This document shows positions 53,165 through 64,000 of a stretch of 64,000 bases of DNA, piece after piece; position 1 is the first letter of the stretch, and each line of letters begins with the position of its first letter. The translations under genes were made by a program, and so were the position numbers. The notes beneath the pieces are model-generated. The model was given only the letters and a program-made list of their open reading frames with translations, made no database searches and was not told where the DNA came from. The DNA lies in the NCBI GenBank assembly GCA_030704615.1, contig CM060733.1:29078001-29142000 (forward strand). The letters are read 5' to 3'. Origin of the DNA: Takakia lepidozioides (lineage: Eukaryota; Plantae; Bryophyta).

Positions 53165-53899
53165 CTCCGTGTTGACAAATTGTCATTCAATCGGTTATGA
53201 ACATGTCCCTAACCCTCTCCACAAGGTAACCGGGTAGAGAACCTGTTGCGGCTTATGGTTTGGAATACTAGGTTCCTAACATAGCCTACACCTGTACCTG
53301 CATCCACCGCAAGCACTCCTATGGTTGGCTGGTCATCACCTCCAACCTCACCATAAGAGAAACAATGATGGTCTGGCTGGTCATCACCCCAGCCTCACCA
53401 TTGACAGCATGCTCTAGGACTGGCCGGTGATCAAATCCGGACCAATCACCTATAAAAACAAGCGCCCACATAAAACTAGCATGGCGCACAGTCAAGCATG
53501 CAGGTATGGAGGGGATCCAAACACAAGAAATCAGAACGACAACTCCCCCACACCAAAAACAACTCCACGGTGTTGCTCCTACAAAGACATCCCAGCCCAA
53601 ACCCGGACTGACTCTTGCCGCCACCTACGGAAAGGTCTTGGCCTAATGAGAGGGTGGAAACTACGAGGAAGAGAAGCTAAAGCAATGCCTAACCCCAGCA
53701 TGCCCTCATCCCAACACTCTTCCTCTCCTCTCTTCCCTCACTTGCATGACCATGGGAATATCATGAAAGATACTCCTCAAACGCCCTCCACGAGCTTCAA
53801 AATTCGGCCTTCAAGACCACATGCCAGTCCTTAGGCAGTCCACCAGTGCCTCCACGAGTCAGCACAGGCTGTCCACAGGTCAACACGGGCCACCACAGA

Positions 53900-54505
53900 C
53901 CAGCACAGGCCCACACAGCTCACTGGTCACAGCCTGTCACAGCCCATCACAACCCCAAAGGCCACAGGCATAGCCTGTCACAGCCCTACAGAGGTCACAG
54001 GGTCACAGCCCCAAAGGCCACAGCCCCTCACAGCCCCTCACAGCCCCACAGGCCACAAGGCACAGCCTGTCACAGCCCCTCACAGCCCGTCATAGCCCCA
54101 CAGGCCACATGGCACAGCCTGTCACAGCCCTACACAGGTCACAGGGGTCACAGCCCCACAGGCCACTGGGCACAACTTGTCACAGCCCGCCACAGCCTGT
54201 CACAGCCCCTCACAGCCCCACAGGCCACAGGGCACAGCCCACCACAGCCTGTCACAGCCCATCACAGCCCGTCACAGCCCCACAGGGCACAGCCTGTCAC
54301 AGCCCTACACAGGTCATAGGGGTCACAGCCCCAAAGGCCACAACCTGTCACAGCCCTACACAGGTCAGAGGGGTCATAGCCCCAAAGGCCACAGCCTGTC
54401 ATAGCCCTACACAGGTCACAGGGGTCACAGCCACAACCTGTCATAGGTCAGAGGGGTCACAGGGCTCAGGGCATAGCCTGTCACAGCCCGCCACAGCCTG
54501 TCACT
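53900..54505. repeat. Degenerate (GT)CACAGCC minisatellite
   Basis: Dense CACAG/GTCACAGCC units. Confidence 0.85.
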
Positions 54506-54575
54506 TCAAGAACCGTGCTCTATCTAGGCTTGAGGTTGAAACCCCAACTAAGAACACGCTCTACAAGTGTCGGAC

Positions 54576-56003
54576 TGTCACATAAGAGCAGATCAGCCCC
54601 TTACCTTCTCTTCTAGTTCTCTAAAGCTTGAAAACAAAAGCCCAATGGACTGAAGGCATGCTCCACACATGCCCCACTCTTACCACAAGAGAATCAGCCC
54701 CTTTGCTTCCTTTCTTGCACCCACCAACCTGAAAATACAAGCTTCAGTGGGCTGGAAGCATGCTCCACACATGCCCTACAGGGAAACCAGCCCCTTCCTT
54801 CCTTTCTTGCACTCCCAAACTTGAAAGTACAAGTCTTCAACAGGCCGAAAGCATGCTCCACACATGCAGTGCCCTCACATAAGGGAAGTCAGCCCTTCCC
54901 TCTTCCTTGCTTGCCCTCCAAGCTTGAAGATGGAAGCTTCAGTGAGCTGAATACATGCTCCACACATGCAACCTCTTCACACAAGAGGTATCAGCCCCCT
55001 ATCTTGGCTCTTTGATGCTCTCTAAGACAAGACTAAGCACTCCACAGCCTTTGCCAAGCTCCTGAAACCCTAAGGCTTACATTTCCAGCCACAAGACACT
55101 CCTCTTGTGGTGCAAGAGCTCTTCTTCCAAGCTCTGAAACCCTAGGTGCACATTCCATGGCCTTGCCGCATCTCTTAGCTCCTATTCCAGCCCTACTCTT
55201 GCCATGACAAGAGCCCTCTCAATGCTGAAGCTCGAGATTGAAACCCACTCTCAACATACTCCACAAAGTGCACTGATTTGCCCCAAGCCAAATCAGCCCT
55301 TTGGCTTGGTCTTGCAATCCTTCACACAATGAAAGCTCGCATTCCCAAGTCCAATTCTCAGCTTTGCCACCAAAGCCACTATAACCTGCTCTTGACTGGT
55401 CCTCTTCCCAATCGTGCTTGCTCATGCATGTACACAATCTGAAACCATCAAGGTGCTCTGGAATTACCTGCAGCATGGTGCTTTCATCTCTGAAGCTGAA
55501 GATCGAATGCCAAGGTCTATCACCTCGTAACCCACATCGCCTCCGCTTCTAACAACCAAGAGCTCCACGGTGCTCCTTGCATAACAACCTGGTTTCTCTC
55601 ATTCTCAAGCAAAAACCACAAGTGCTACAACTAACTCGTATCTGGCACTCACAGATACGAGCTCATCTTTCTCAAGTGATAAATAAGAAGAATACAAGCA
55701 CAAGCTCATGCGAGCTCACAAAGCTGAAGCATAAACTCATGCATATATAACCTCATCACTCAAATACAAGTCAAGCCAAGTGCACCCCACGCCATGGGGA
55801 ATCCACACTACGGCGCCATAGCTAGGCGCGGTGAGGCTCAACTCAAGAAAGATGAGCCTCCCGCGCTTGCCGTGAAGATAACCACTCCAGGGCCTAAATC
55901 TGCCTTGACCCCTGGATTGACACTTGGGCCAATCCCAAATGTTAATATGTAAAAATTAGCTATTTCCTAGCTAGTTTCACACTAATGGTAAAATAACTTG
56001 ACA
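54576..56003. repeat. LTR-like segment (TGTCA...TGACA) with ~100-bp internal repeats, probably from a second LTR element
   Basis: Inverted 5-bp termini and four copies of CATGCTCCACACATGC at 54657-54970. It abuts the CRE 3' half. No PBS or partner LTR is evident. Confidence 0.45.
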
Positions 56004-57820
56004 ACACGCACATTGTAGGCCCTGCCTCAAAGGTACTTTCAGCTTACTATCATTTTGTCACCCAACTCTCTGCCGTGGGCCTTTCAGTGCAAATTCGCAA
56101 ATGTGCGGTGTGGTCTCCGTCCGGTCTCTCTACAGATTTTGTTTTCCCTGCTCACTTCATTGCTCCGCCCAATGGCATTAGAATCCTGGGAGTCTCTTTT
56201 GGCACCTCCCAATTCACAACGTCCTTCTTGGAAGATGCACTCTACCAGGATGCCACCCACGCCGATCTCCTTCTTAGGCTCGGAGATGTACAGGTAGCAT
56301 ATGAAATCTTAACCAAATGTTTCCTTCAGCGTCCCTCATATCTCTTGCGCACTGTTCCACCCAGCCCAGATTTCTTACACCTCTTCTCTGGGTTTGATAC
56401 TACCATGATGACTATCTTCGGGAGATTGTTAGGACCAGGAGCTCTGGAGGGTGCTCAGGGACTTTTGCCACGACAGCAAGCCACCCTGCCCGTCTCTTCT
56501 GGTGGTGTGGGTCTTTTGTCCACTGTCACTACTGCCCCGTTAGCTTTCCTCGGCAGTTGGGCGTTGGTGGCGCCAGCCCTCGCTTCACGATTTCTCTGTG
56601 ACCATCATCCCATCCTTATGGACGTCGTTGCACATGTCGACAGTGGCATTTTACCCTTCCAGCAGCATCTCCGCTCTGCACGAGATCTTCTTCTGGCACC
56701 GGCGCGAGCATGTCTACCACCATTTAAGCAGTTGGTTACTCAAGGCCTCGACCATCTTCAGGAGTCCATTTCCGAGCACGTGCACCGTCATTCTTTTTCC
56801 GGCATGCTCTCAAGTGCTTCTTCTGAGTTGCATCGAGCCCGAATTCTATCATGCGCAAGACCCGGAGCAGGGGCATGGTTGGCAGCACGACCCACTATCG
56901 CACATTTTCGCCCTTATTTTCATTACTGCGCTCCGCCTTCAACTCGGTTTGCCTCATCCTTCGGCATTGGGCCTTCAGCGCTGCGTCTGTCTTCAGCCCA
57001 TCGATGACCTTGTCATCCATCTCCTCCGTTGTCCATGTGGTGGTGAACGCACTGCGTCTCATGATATGGTTCGCGATGCGGTGGCATCTATTGCTCGGGA
57101 GGCACGGTATCATGTATTGCGTGAGCAACCACATGTACGACCCACGCTCACGTCCCACTCTATACGCCGCCGTGTTGACATCGTCCTATCTAGAGATGGT
57201 TTACGTACCCTAGTGGATGTCGTTCTCGCCGACCCCACTCGAGCGGATCTGCTATCTCGCGCAGCTACCACACCAGGCACGACAGCCACTGTAGCAGCTC
57301 AGGCCAAAGAGCGCGACTACAACGATCGTCACTTCACCGACATATTTCTTCCGCTGGCGGTCGAGATATTTGGCTCATTGCACCAGCACTTTGACAATTT
57401 CCTGCGGACATATGCACATCATGCAGCCAAGAGCGAGTCCATTGGCATCCCACATGCCTCCGTCTTTGTCGCCTATTATCGAAAGCGTGTTTCAGTTGCT
57501 TTGCAGAGAACACAAGCCATATCTATTTTGCATCGGGCTGATGTGGCTAGCTCCGCGTCATCTCATCTTCCGCCTATGCTTGACACTTTGTCTATCCCCT
57601 TGCCTGATCTGCTCCAGGCTGTTGGCTGGGAGGGTCGCTTTGCTTGAGTAGCTTACTATAGCTTCTGTTTTCGTTGCTCGTTGAGTAGCTTACTATAGCT
57701 TTTGTTTTCTTCTCTAGCTGAGTAGCTTACTATAGTTTTTTGTTTTCTTCTCTTGTTTCTTGTTCCTCCCCCCCCTTTTTGGGAACTTCTCATCCTATGC
57801 ACGTTCACCCATTGTACATG
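56004..57820 (+). mobile_element. 3' half of the CRE-like element (RT end, CCHC motif, restriction-like endonuclease, 3' repeats)
   Basis: DTHIVGP, GIRILGVSFG, LPVSSGGVGL, GAGAWL, RCVC...HLLRC, HDMVRD, RVDIV...VDVVLADP...AKERDY and PLAVEIFG. TGAGTAGCTTACTATAG occurs three times at 57645-57740. Confidence 0.88.
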
Positions 57821-57847
57821 TTGTAAATAAAGTCTTCCAGGGTTTCA

Positions 57848-58080
57848 TCATGCCAGCTGCACCGGCGTCGTTGCATCTGATTCACTCAAAGTGGGGTATT
57901 TGGGAATTGAATCTCTCCCTGACGAATTTGGTTCTGGGAGTGGATTGTAGAGCATAATAATGGGCTTGGAATCCTCAGACCGCAGCCAGTCCCCATTTTG
58001 AAATGAAAAAAGCTTGTGCAACATCCACCCTTTGAGATCAGTGTGTGAAACCCCTCCGCGCTCAAGCACGCAGGGACATC
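57848..58080 (-). pseudogene. Possible DUF2921-family N-terminal fragment
   Basis: CPCVL...LFSFQNGDW...PIIML...PVQLA resembles the recalled LSFxNGDW..APLMPFD..PLRLA region of that family. Confidence 0.35.
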
Positions 58081-58605
58081 ATCATCCTTCGGGCAGGTTC
58101 TTAAGAAAAACGATTACGATGACGTGGCTGCTGATGACGACGTGGCGTGATGGCGATGACGTGGTGACAATGACGTGCTAAGGATGACATGGCATTATGG
58201 CACCCTATTCCCGCTCTACGCTAAACTAGTCTCCGACGTTCGGTCGTCGCTAGAATATGACGACCAGTTTCTTGGTGATGTGACCAATGCCATCCAACAC
58301 GGGTCGCCATCCAGCACGGATGGATACGTCGACTTGGACCAACTACCTGCTTTCAACGATCCTGTCCCGCTCTTCTCTAGGTGGGCTCCTTGGAAGGTCT
58401 TCCTTTTTTGGTTCTGTTTTCATATGTCATTCTAGACATGGGAAAGTGTTTGAAATCAGACCGATGCTTCTCTTTGCTTTGTTCCTCTATGTCATGGGCT
58501 AGTTTTCGTAACGAGCAGAGCGGTAGCGATCGGTATTGGATTCCAGCATTGGGTCTACGGAGGCGCTGACCACCTGAAGACCCACACCTCGAAAAACCGT
58601 CAAGC

Positions 58606-61600
58606 ATGTCTGAAAACTTCGAACTGACGCCAAAGTCACTTAAGAAACTGTGCAGGGATTTGAAATTGTAATGTTCTTACCCTTCCATCAGCACTTCGTA
58701 TGGTGGGCTCTCCTTTCTTTCCATTTCCTTTCATTTCTTTCTCCCATCTCTTTCTAAGGAGAAAGAACATCCGCCCAAAGGTATGGTGAAACCTCTTCAC
58801 GAAACATGTGCGTAGCAAAGCTGACAAACAAAGAAAACAAGAACCCTCAGAGTTCTCTCTCTGCCTGGGTGAAGTTCTGCGTTACAGAGGGGGTGGCGTT
58901 TCTGACGAAAACATCTGGCAGTTTGTCCTAGCCCCTGTTATGATCACTGAACCATACTGATTGAGATAGAATGACGTTGTTGTTGTGGGGCAGGTATTCG
59001 AGTTGTCCAGAGCTTAACGAAGTCATTCACCTGCATCAGAAGGTACATTCGTTAGACTGTGAGGTGTCTATGCACACATTAAGTCATCTCCAAGTTCAAT
59101 TCCACTAGAATGAATCAGCCAGTAAACTTTGAGGTAGATATATCTGAGGCTCAGACTATAATATTGTGCAAGGTCACGATTTGCTTTGTTGTTGTTAGTT
59201 TCTGCAGAAGGTGCTCAAATCTTGCCAGGCAATCTTCGCAGGGAATAGTGAAGATACAGAACCTGCAGGAGTACACAGGATTACGCACCATCTACCTTGA
59301 GTGCAATGGTGCAGTCCCATCTTTTTCTTAAGTCTGTCTCCAAAGTTCCAGTTGTTCTAAGTATCAAATATGAAAAAACAAAAACAGCGACTCAAATGTG
59401 CTTGTTTTTTAGACCACCGCCACAGCTATGGATACTCACGCTTTTCTTTCTGAAGTCACAGTATCAAGTCTAGTAAGTATTGAGTTTGAACGGCTGCCAA
59501 CAAAGATGTGTGGATGTGTGATGTTGTTCCAGCTATATCTAAAATTGAGAACCTAGAGCCTCTTGTCAACCTCCGCTGCCTCTACCTAAACCAGGTAGAT
59601 CCGCAACTGCACGTACAAATGATGTGATATTAAATGATGTTTACTAGAACAGTCATCGATACTTGAGAGCTTCTCGAACAACAGTGTAGAATGAACAGAC
59701 ATAGACCCCCAAGAGCCTACAATTAAGAGAGAGACAAAAGGAGAAATGTACTGAAAATAATGAAATGACATGACTCTTTATCCGCAGAAAGCTCAAAGAG
59801 CTCATTGGACACGAGAAAGTATGTGGCCCTCCACAAGCAGCCCAAACACAACTACAATTGATTGTCTAAGTTATGCAGATACGCCCTCAAGTATTTCTAT
59901 CGACTACATCGGACTAGGCAATAGCTTTTCTCCAGGATCTCATAGTAGAAAGGACAATGCAGGAAGACATGTTCTTCGTCGTCAATTTCCTTCCCTGTCT
60001 TCTCGAGGGCAAGCGGGCACAAGCGGTCAGCACGCTGCAGGTTGTCCCACCCACCAGTCTCTATGCGCAGACTGTACTGGGACCTGGAAACCAGTCAATC
60101 TTACAAAGAAGCTAATAGACTCTTACCGCCCAATTCTTGTCGGCAACTCTACTCCCTCTCCTCCAAGACGATTGCAGGGGTTCCAAATTTTTCTTCCACC
60201 AGGAAACAGGACCCATGATCCAAAACTCGCTGCATTAAGTGGCAGAGGGGTAACAACCGAGTCTAAAAGCCACATTTCGGTGGGGGTGGCGCAATGGATT
60301 TGTTTCCATTTAGCTTGAAGGCGTATGGAGGCGGCCTTCCCCTTCGTCAATCTGTCAGTAGTGGCAAAGTGGGTGCCTGACTAACCATAGTCTAAATCCA
60401 GCGTGGCCATTGAAAACCATGATCTTGGTTTTGCTGAGGTTGACTTGGAGTCCGTAGTCTCTGGAGAACTACGGGCTGCAGGTTAATCTCAACAAAACAA
60501 AGATCATCTCCTACAATTCTTAACATCCAACAAGAAAATTTCCAAGATCCTACACGAGAGACAGAGAGAAACAAACAAACGAAGTCTAGACACTGACCTT
60601 GAAGGTTGAATGAGCAATTATGGCAGAATCTCGTGGAGGTTGTGGAGGGTTTGGAATCTTTGCAGCACCTCGAGGTGCTCGACTTGGCTGAAAACCAGGT
60701 ACTTGATCTTCCTTCAGCACATCTTGAGTTGGGTTAGCTAAGATTGGAGTTCTACCTATCTCTGCCACCAAGAAATTTTTCCGACAAGAAACTACAATGT
60801 CAGACCAAGTTCCGTTTGACTATCTGCACTTGAGAGTCAAGTTTCTAGGTGTCATATACACCATTTGGCTCTTGTATCCAAGACAAACTTCCACATCAAA
60901 AGTAGGACTTTCAGAAGCTCTTCCATTGGATTAAGATCTCTTTTACTCAATCTTCGTCTCAACTTCCCAAAGAAACTCCAGTTAGGTTTGGATAGACTCC
61001 CAGGTGTGACCAGAGACACCTCACTCTGGGGAAGATAAAACAACAAATGGCTGTGTTGAAAATTGCATGTGGGTTAGAAAGTGGCCGGTTCCAAACCCCC
61101 TCACAACAATAGGAGGCTCTGTTAGAGGAGCTGGGCTCTGGCTGTCATCTTCTCCTTCTATGTCTCATCTGGAGGCTGAGCCTAAAGCCCTCACCCTGTT
61201 GGGGTCTAATTGCTGGGCAGCTCACACACAGCAGATTGATGCTCGTGTGAAGGGCTTTCTAGAGGAAATCTGGAAAACCTGAACCAATTGTTTATACAAA
61301 GGTAAGTCCCACTACTGGAGTAACTCCTCGCAAAGTAGTGTATGTTCCCTCTTGTTTTGCCCGAACTGGGCGGGGGCTCTATGGCCACAAGGCTACAGCA
61401 AACAACGTCTTATGAGCAAAAAATCTGTGTCTCATGCAATTTCTCTTCTAATGTAGAGATTTCCATCTCCTTGCTTTCGGCTTCTAAAACCACCTGGGGT
61501 GCTTTGGTTGGGGTCTAATTCTTAGATAAAGACAGTAACAGGATTGCTCTGCTGCCCTCAACTGCGCCAGCTCAACTTGTCAGGCAATCGCATAAAAACT

Positions 61601-64000
61601 GCTGGTGATGTAGCCCATCTGTTGGTACAGTGCCTCTCAAACAGCTTTCATTGTCCTCTAAATAAGAGATATCTCAACTGTCAGAAATACTCACATGAAA
61701 CTGAATCTGCAGTTGTTTGCTAGTGATCACCAAGTCTGACTCCTGGCAGCTCTGATAGGTTTGTGCACAATTCAGGTACGTCTTATATGTGAATTGACAG
61801 TGTACTCTGCCCACCACTAGGGGCACCTACCAAGTATATTAGAATATGAGATGCTGTAAGAGAGAGATTTTCTGTATTGACCCATGTTCATCTTGGGAGC
61901 TTGTCCCACACCTGGATGCTAGTTCCCCAGCTTGAATATTTGATCTGCTTGCAACAAATTATCTTCTTTTCCATGTGCCAACCGGTGTGTGCAGGAGTGC
62001 AAGAGCTTGCAATCGCTGGATATTTCAAGTAACAAAATTGATGATGAAGAGGCTTTGCAGGTACCCTCTTGACTGCCTTTTCATCCAGCAGAGGAAGGCT
62101 GTCTACATCTCAATAAGGTGGGGAAATAAAGCAAGAATTATGAACATTAGATTGCTTGTTATGGCCTTGGTGGTCAGTTTGCAAGCGGCTACATTTAATA
62201 GTGGCTCTGCTTTTGTACTGAAAGTTTACCAGTCTTCCAAGTTTCTCAAGCAAACTTCCTTCATGCAGAAAAGTGGGGGGATTGCCTGTCAATTCCCTGC
62301 AATGTTGAAGACCTCTTGGTGTGGATCTCATGGGAACAGAACCTCAGGTTTCTTCCACTAAGTCTTCTGCGGTTATCAGGCAACCCCATTGTTTCTTCCA
62401 CAGACCATTATCGAAAGAAGACAGTGGCAACCATGCCGACGGTAGGCAGTCAGTTTGAAGGAAAGCTTATCTAAGTGTGTATGATTGAGTTTGAATGTGA
62501 ATCTGACAGCCATGCATATCCCTTGTTTGCAAGAGGTTTGAATTGCTCTGATAGTATTGATCTGGTGGACAGCTGCAATACTTGGATGAGAGTCCTGTGT
62601 TTGAGAAAGATAAACGTCTGGCTGCTGCATGGACAGAGTTTGGCCTTGAGGTAAGCCTAGTCTCTCAACTAACTTACTTCTTGAGGACTGCAACTTGTGT
62701 ACACCTCTATATGCAAGGCCTCCTTTCTTTATTCTCATTCCGGAAAATGGGCAGTGAGCCTTGGCCATGAAGCTACTTATATCCCATGTGTCTTGTGGTG
62801 TGCTGGGATCATACTGTGTGTAGGGTGAGAAGGAAATGCGAGATACAATCTTAAAGGAGGAAAGTGCTACCCGTGAACGACACCGCAGAGGCAAAACCCC
62901 ATGATAAACCCAATTGCAGGAAGTAGCTGCTTTTCTCTCTCTCATCACTTTGTTCCACCCTGTCCCTGGGCCCTCCTAGCCCCTGTGGACAGTACAAAGC
63001 TTACTTCTTTCTTTCTCTGGGACTGTGCACACCACTCCTCCGCTTTTGAGGTCCAAGTTGCTCATAAATTATTAAGTAGTTGTCCACCATCAGTTGAAGA
63101 GGAGATTTAATCCTTCACAATGAAATCACTCTATGATAATAGAGATGCAGTCTTCGGAGTACAGCAGGTCTCACTCATAATTCTCCTCTTTTCTTGCTTA
63201 GCAATGGTACAAGGTTGATATGCAATGCATGGAATGGTTTGCAGCCTTCGATGACATGGTCTCAAAAGCCAAGAAGGACCATGCGGACAAACTAACGAAG
63301 GAGCAGATAGAAGGCCGAAAGTTGCAAAAGAGAATGGCAGCAGAAAGACGGGAGCGTGAAGCAATGGAGGAACTAGCTTTAGATAGTGAATCACCAAAGA
63401 AGAAAAAAATTCAAAAAAGCTCCATTGTACCCGTGATGGATGGCGGTGATGACTCCGAATCCTCAGTGCCCCCTCTGGAGACTGTGGAGGGGACATCCAT
63501 TCCTACGTCAACCTTGGAACCTAAGAAAAGGGTAGCCAGCAAACTTGACAGCAATGATCAAGTCACCGTAACTCCAACCAAACTTTTGAAAGGCACTGCT
63601 GTCCATGGTGAGGAAATGGAAGTCGACGCAGACGTGACAGACTTGATGGTCTTGGACTGTAGTGATGCACACACAGGGGCCCAATCGGACAAGAAAGGAA
63701 ACGTTACGTTCTCAAATGACAACACAGATGTTGAGAGATTTTTGACATTGATAGATGCCCACGATGATAAGATGAGCATGGATGCCGGTCCCAGAGAGGA
63801 CATCTGTTGCAGACCTAATCAGCTCATGGAACAACCAAAAAGCTATCTTTCCGGGGAGAATGGCATGCACCCGAATGCAAACCAGCTAATGAGAACTACT
63901 ATCAACACATCAAGTCATCCTGATACCGTCAAGGAGAAGAGCCCGAGTCCAACCCCGCGCAGATCGACGGATCAACTGCTGGAATGGACAGAGAAGGAGA
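58606..64000 (+). CDS. DNAAF1: Dynein axonemal assembly factor 1 (ODA7/LRRC50) homologue, 3'-partial; exons 58606-58667, 58994-59042, 59242-59308, 59533-59594, 61995-62060, 62380-62441, 62573-62650, 62824-62890, 63245->64000 (some exons not located)
   Basis: LTPKSLKKLCRDLKLYSSCPELNEVIHLHQKGIVKIQNLQEYTGLRTIYLECNAISKIENLEPLVNLRCLYLNQ; SLQSLDISSNKI; GNPIV...YRKK; LQYLDESPVFEKDKRLAAAW. Splice phases agree for the located adjacent exons, except 62060/62380. Confidence 0.85.

Larger units (their letters stand above)
47848..53180 (-). mobile_element. 5' part of the same Ty3/gypsy element: gag, protease, C5-DNA methyltransferase, RT
   Basis: Collinear domains on the minus strand that join the 26-28 kb part in frame across the CACTA insertion. 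No 5' LTR matching 26034-26213 was found. Confidence 0.9.

Noticed and set aside
53846-54585. His/Ser/Pro-rich ORFs
   Set aside because: Translation artefacts of the CACAGCC minisatellite.
54576-56003. 5' LTR of the DNMT-gypsy element
   Set aside because: No similarity to the sequence next to that element's PPT (26034-26213) and no matching TSD.
58117-58180. TGACGTGG (G-box-like) cluster upstream of DNAAF1
   Set aside because: Short degenerate tandem that could be a TE remnant; function cannot be supported from sequence alone.
59700-61600. Possible TE remnant in a DNAAF1 intron
   Set aside because: No termini, TSD or diagnostic motif could be identified.

Overview
Eukaryotic, intron-rich DNA, most likely from a land plant with flagellated sperm (it has PPR and DUF2921 fragments plus a DNAAF1/ODA7 cilium gene). 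Host genes are a Yippee/YPEL gene (~11.1-14.8 kb, +) and DNAAF1 (58.6 kb to the window end, +). Between them lies a four-deep transposon nest whose junctions can mostly be read from the sequence: a CRE-like non-LTR element (24.5-57.8 kb) is split at its RT catalytic motif by a Ty3/gypsy element. That element is split in RNase H by a non-autonomous Pack-CACTA element (28335-47844, GTG target-site duplication), which is in turn interrupted by a 13-kb Mutator-like element (MULE, 32472-45553). Two of these elements carry DNA methyltransferases (MTases). (1) The MULE encodes, divergently from its GCM/WRKY-DDE-SWIM transposase, a spliced gene combining a ParB/Srx-like domain with a beta-class N4/N6 amino-MTase. 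Its non-coding DNA holds more than 30 copies of a GGCGCC-centred palindrome, mostly spaced 53, 74-75, 85 or 95-96 bp apart (about 5, 7, 8 and 9 helical turns). This is the best candidate for an undescribed system. (2) The gypsy element carries a DNMT3-like C5-MTase between protease and RT, and a PHD finger after integrase. All TE copies here carry stops or frameshifts. Domain calls come from motif recognition by eye; no searches were run.
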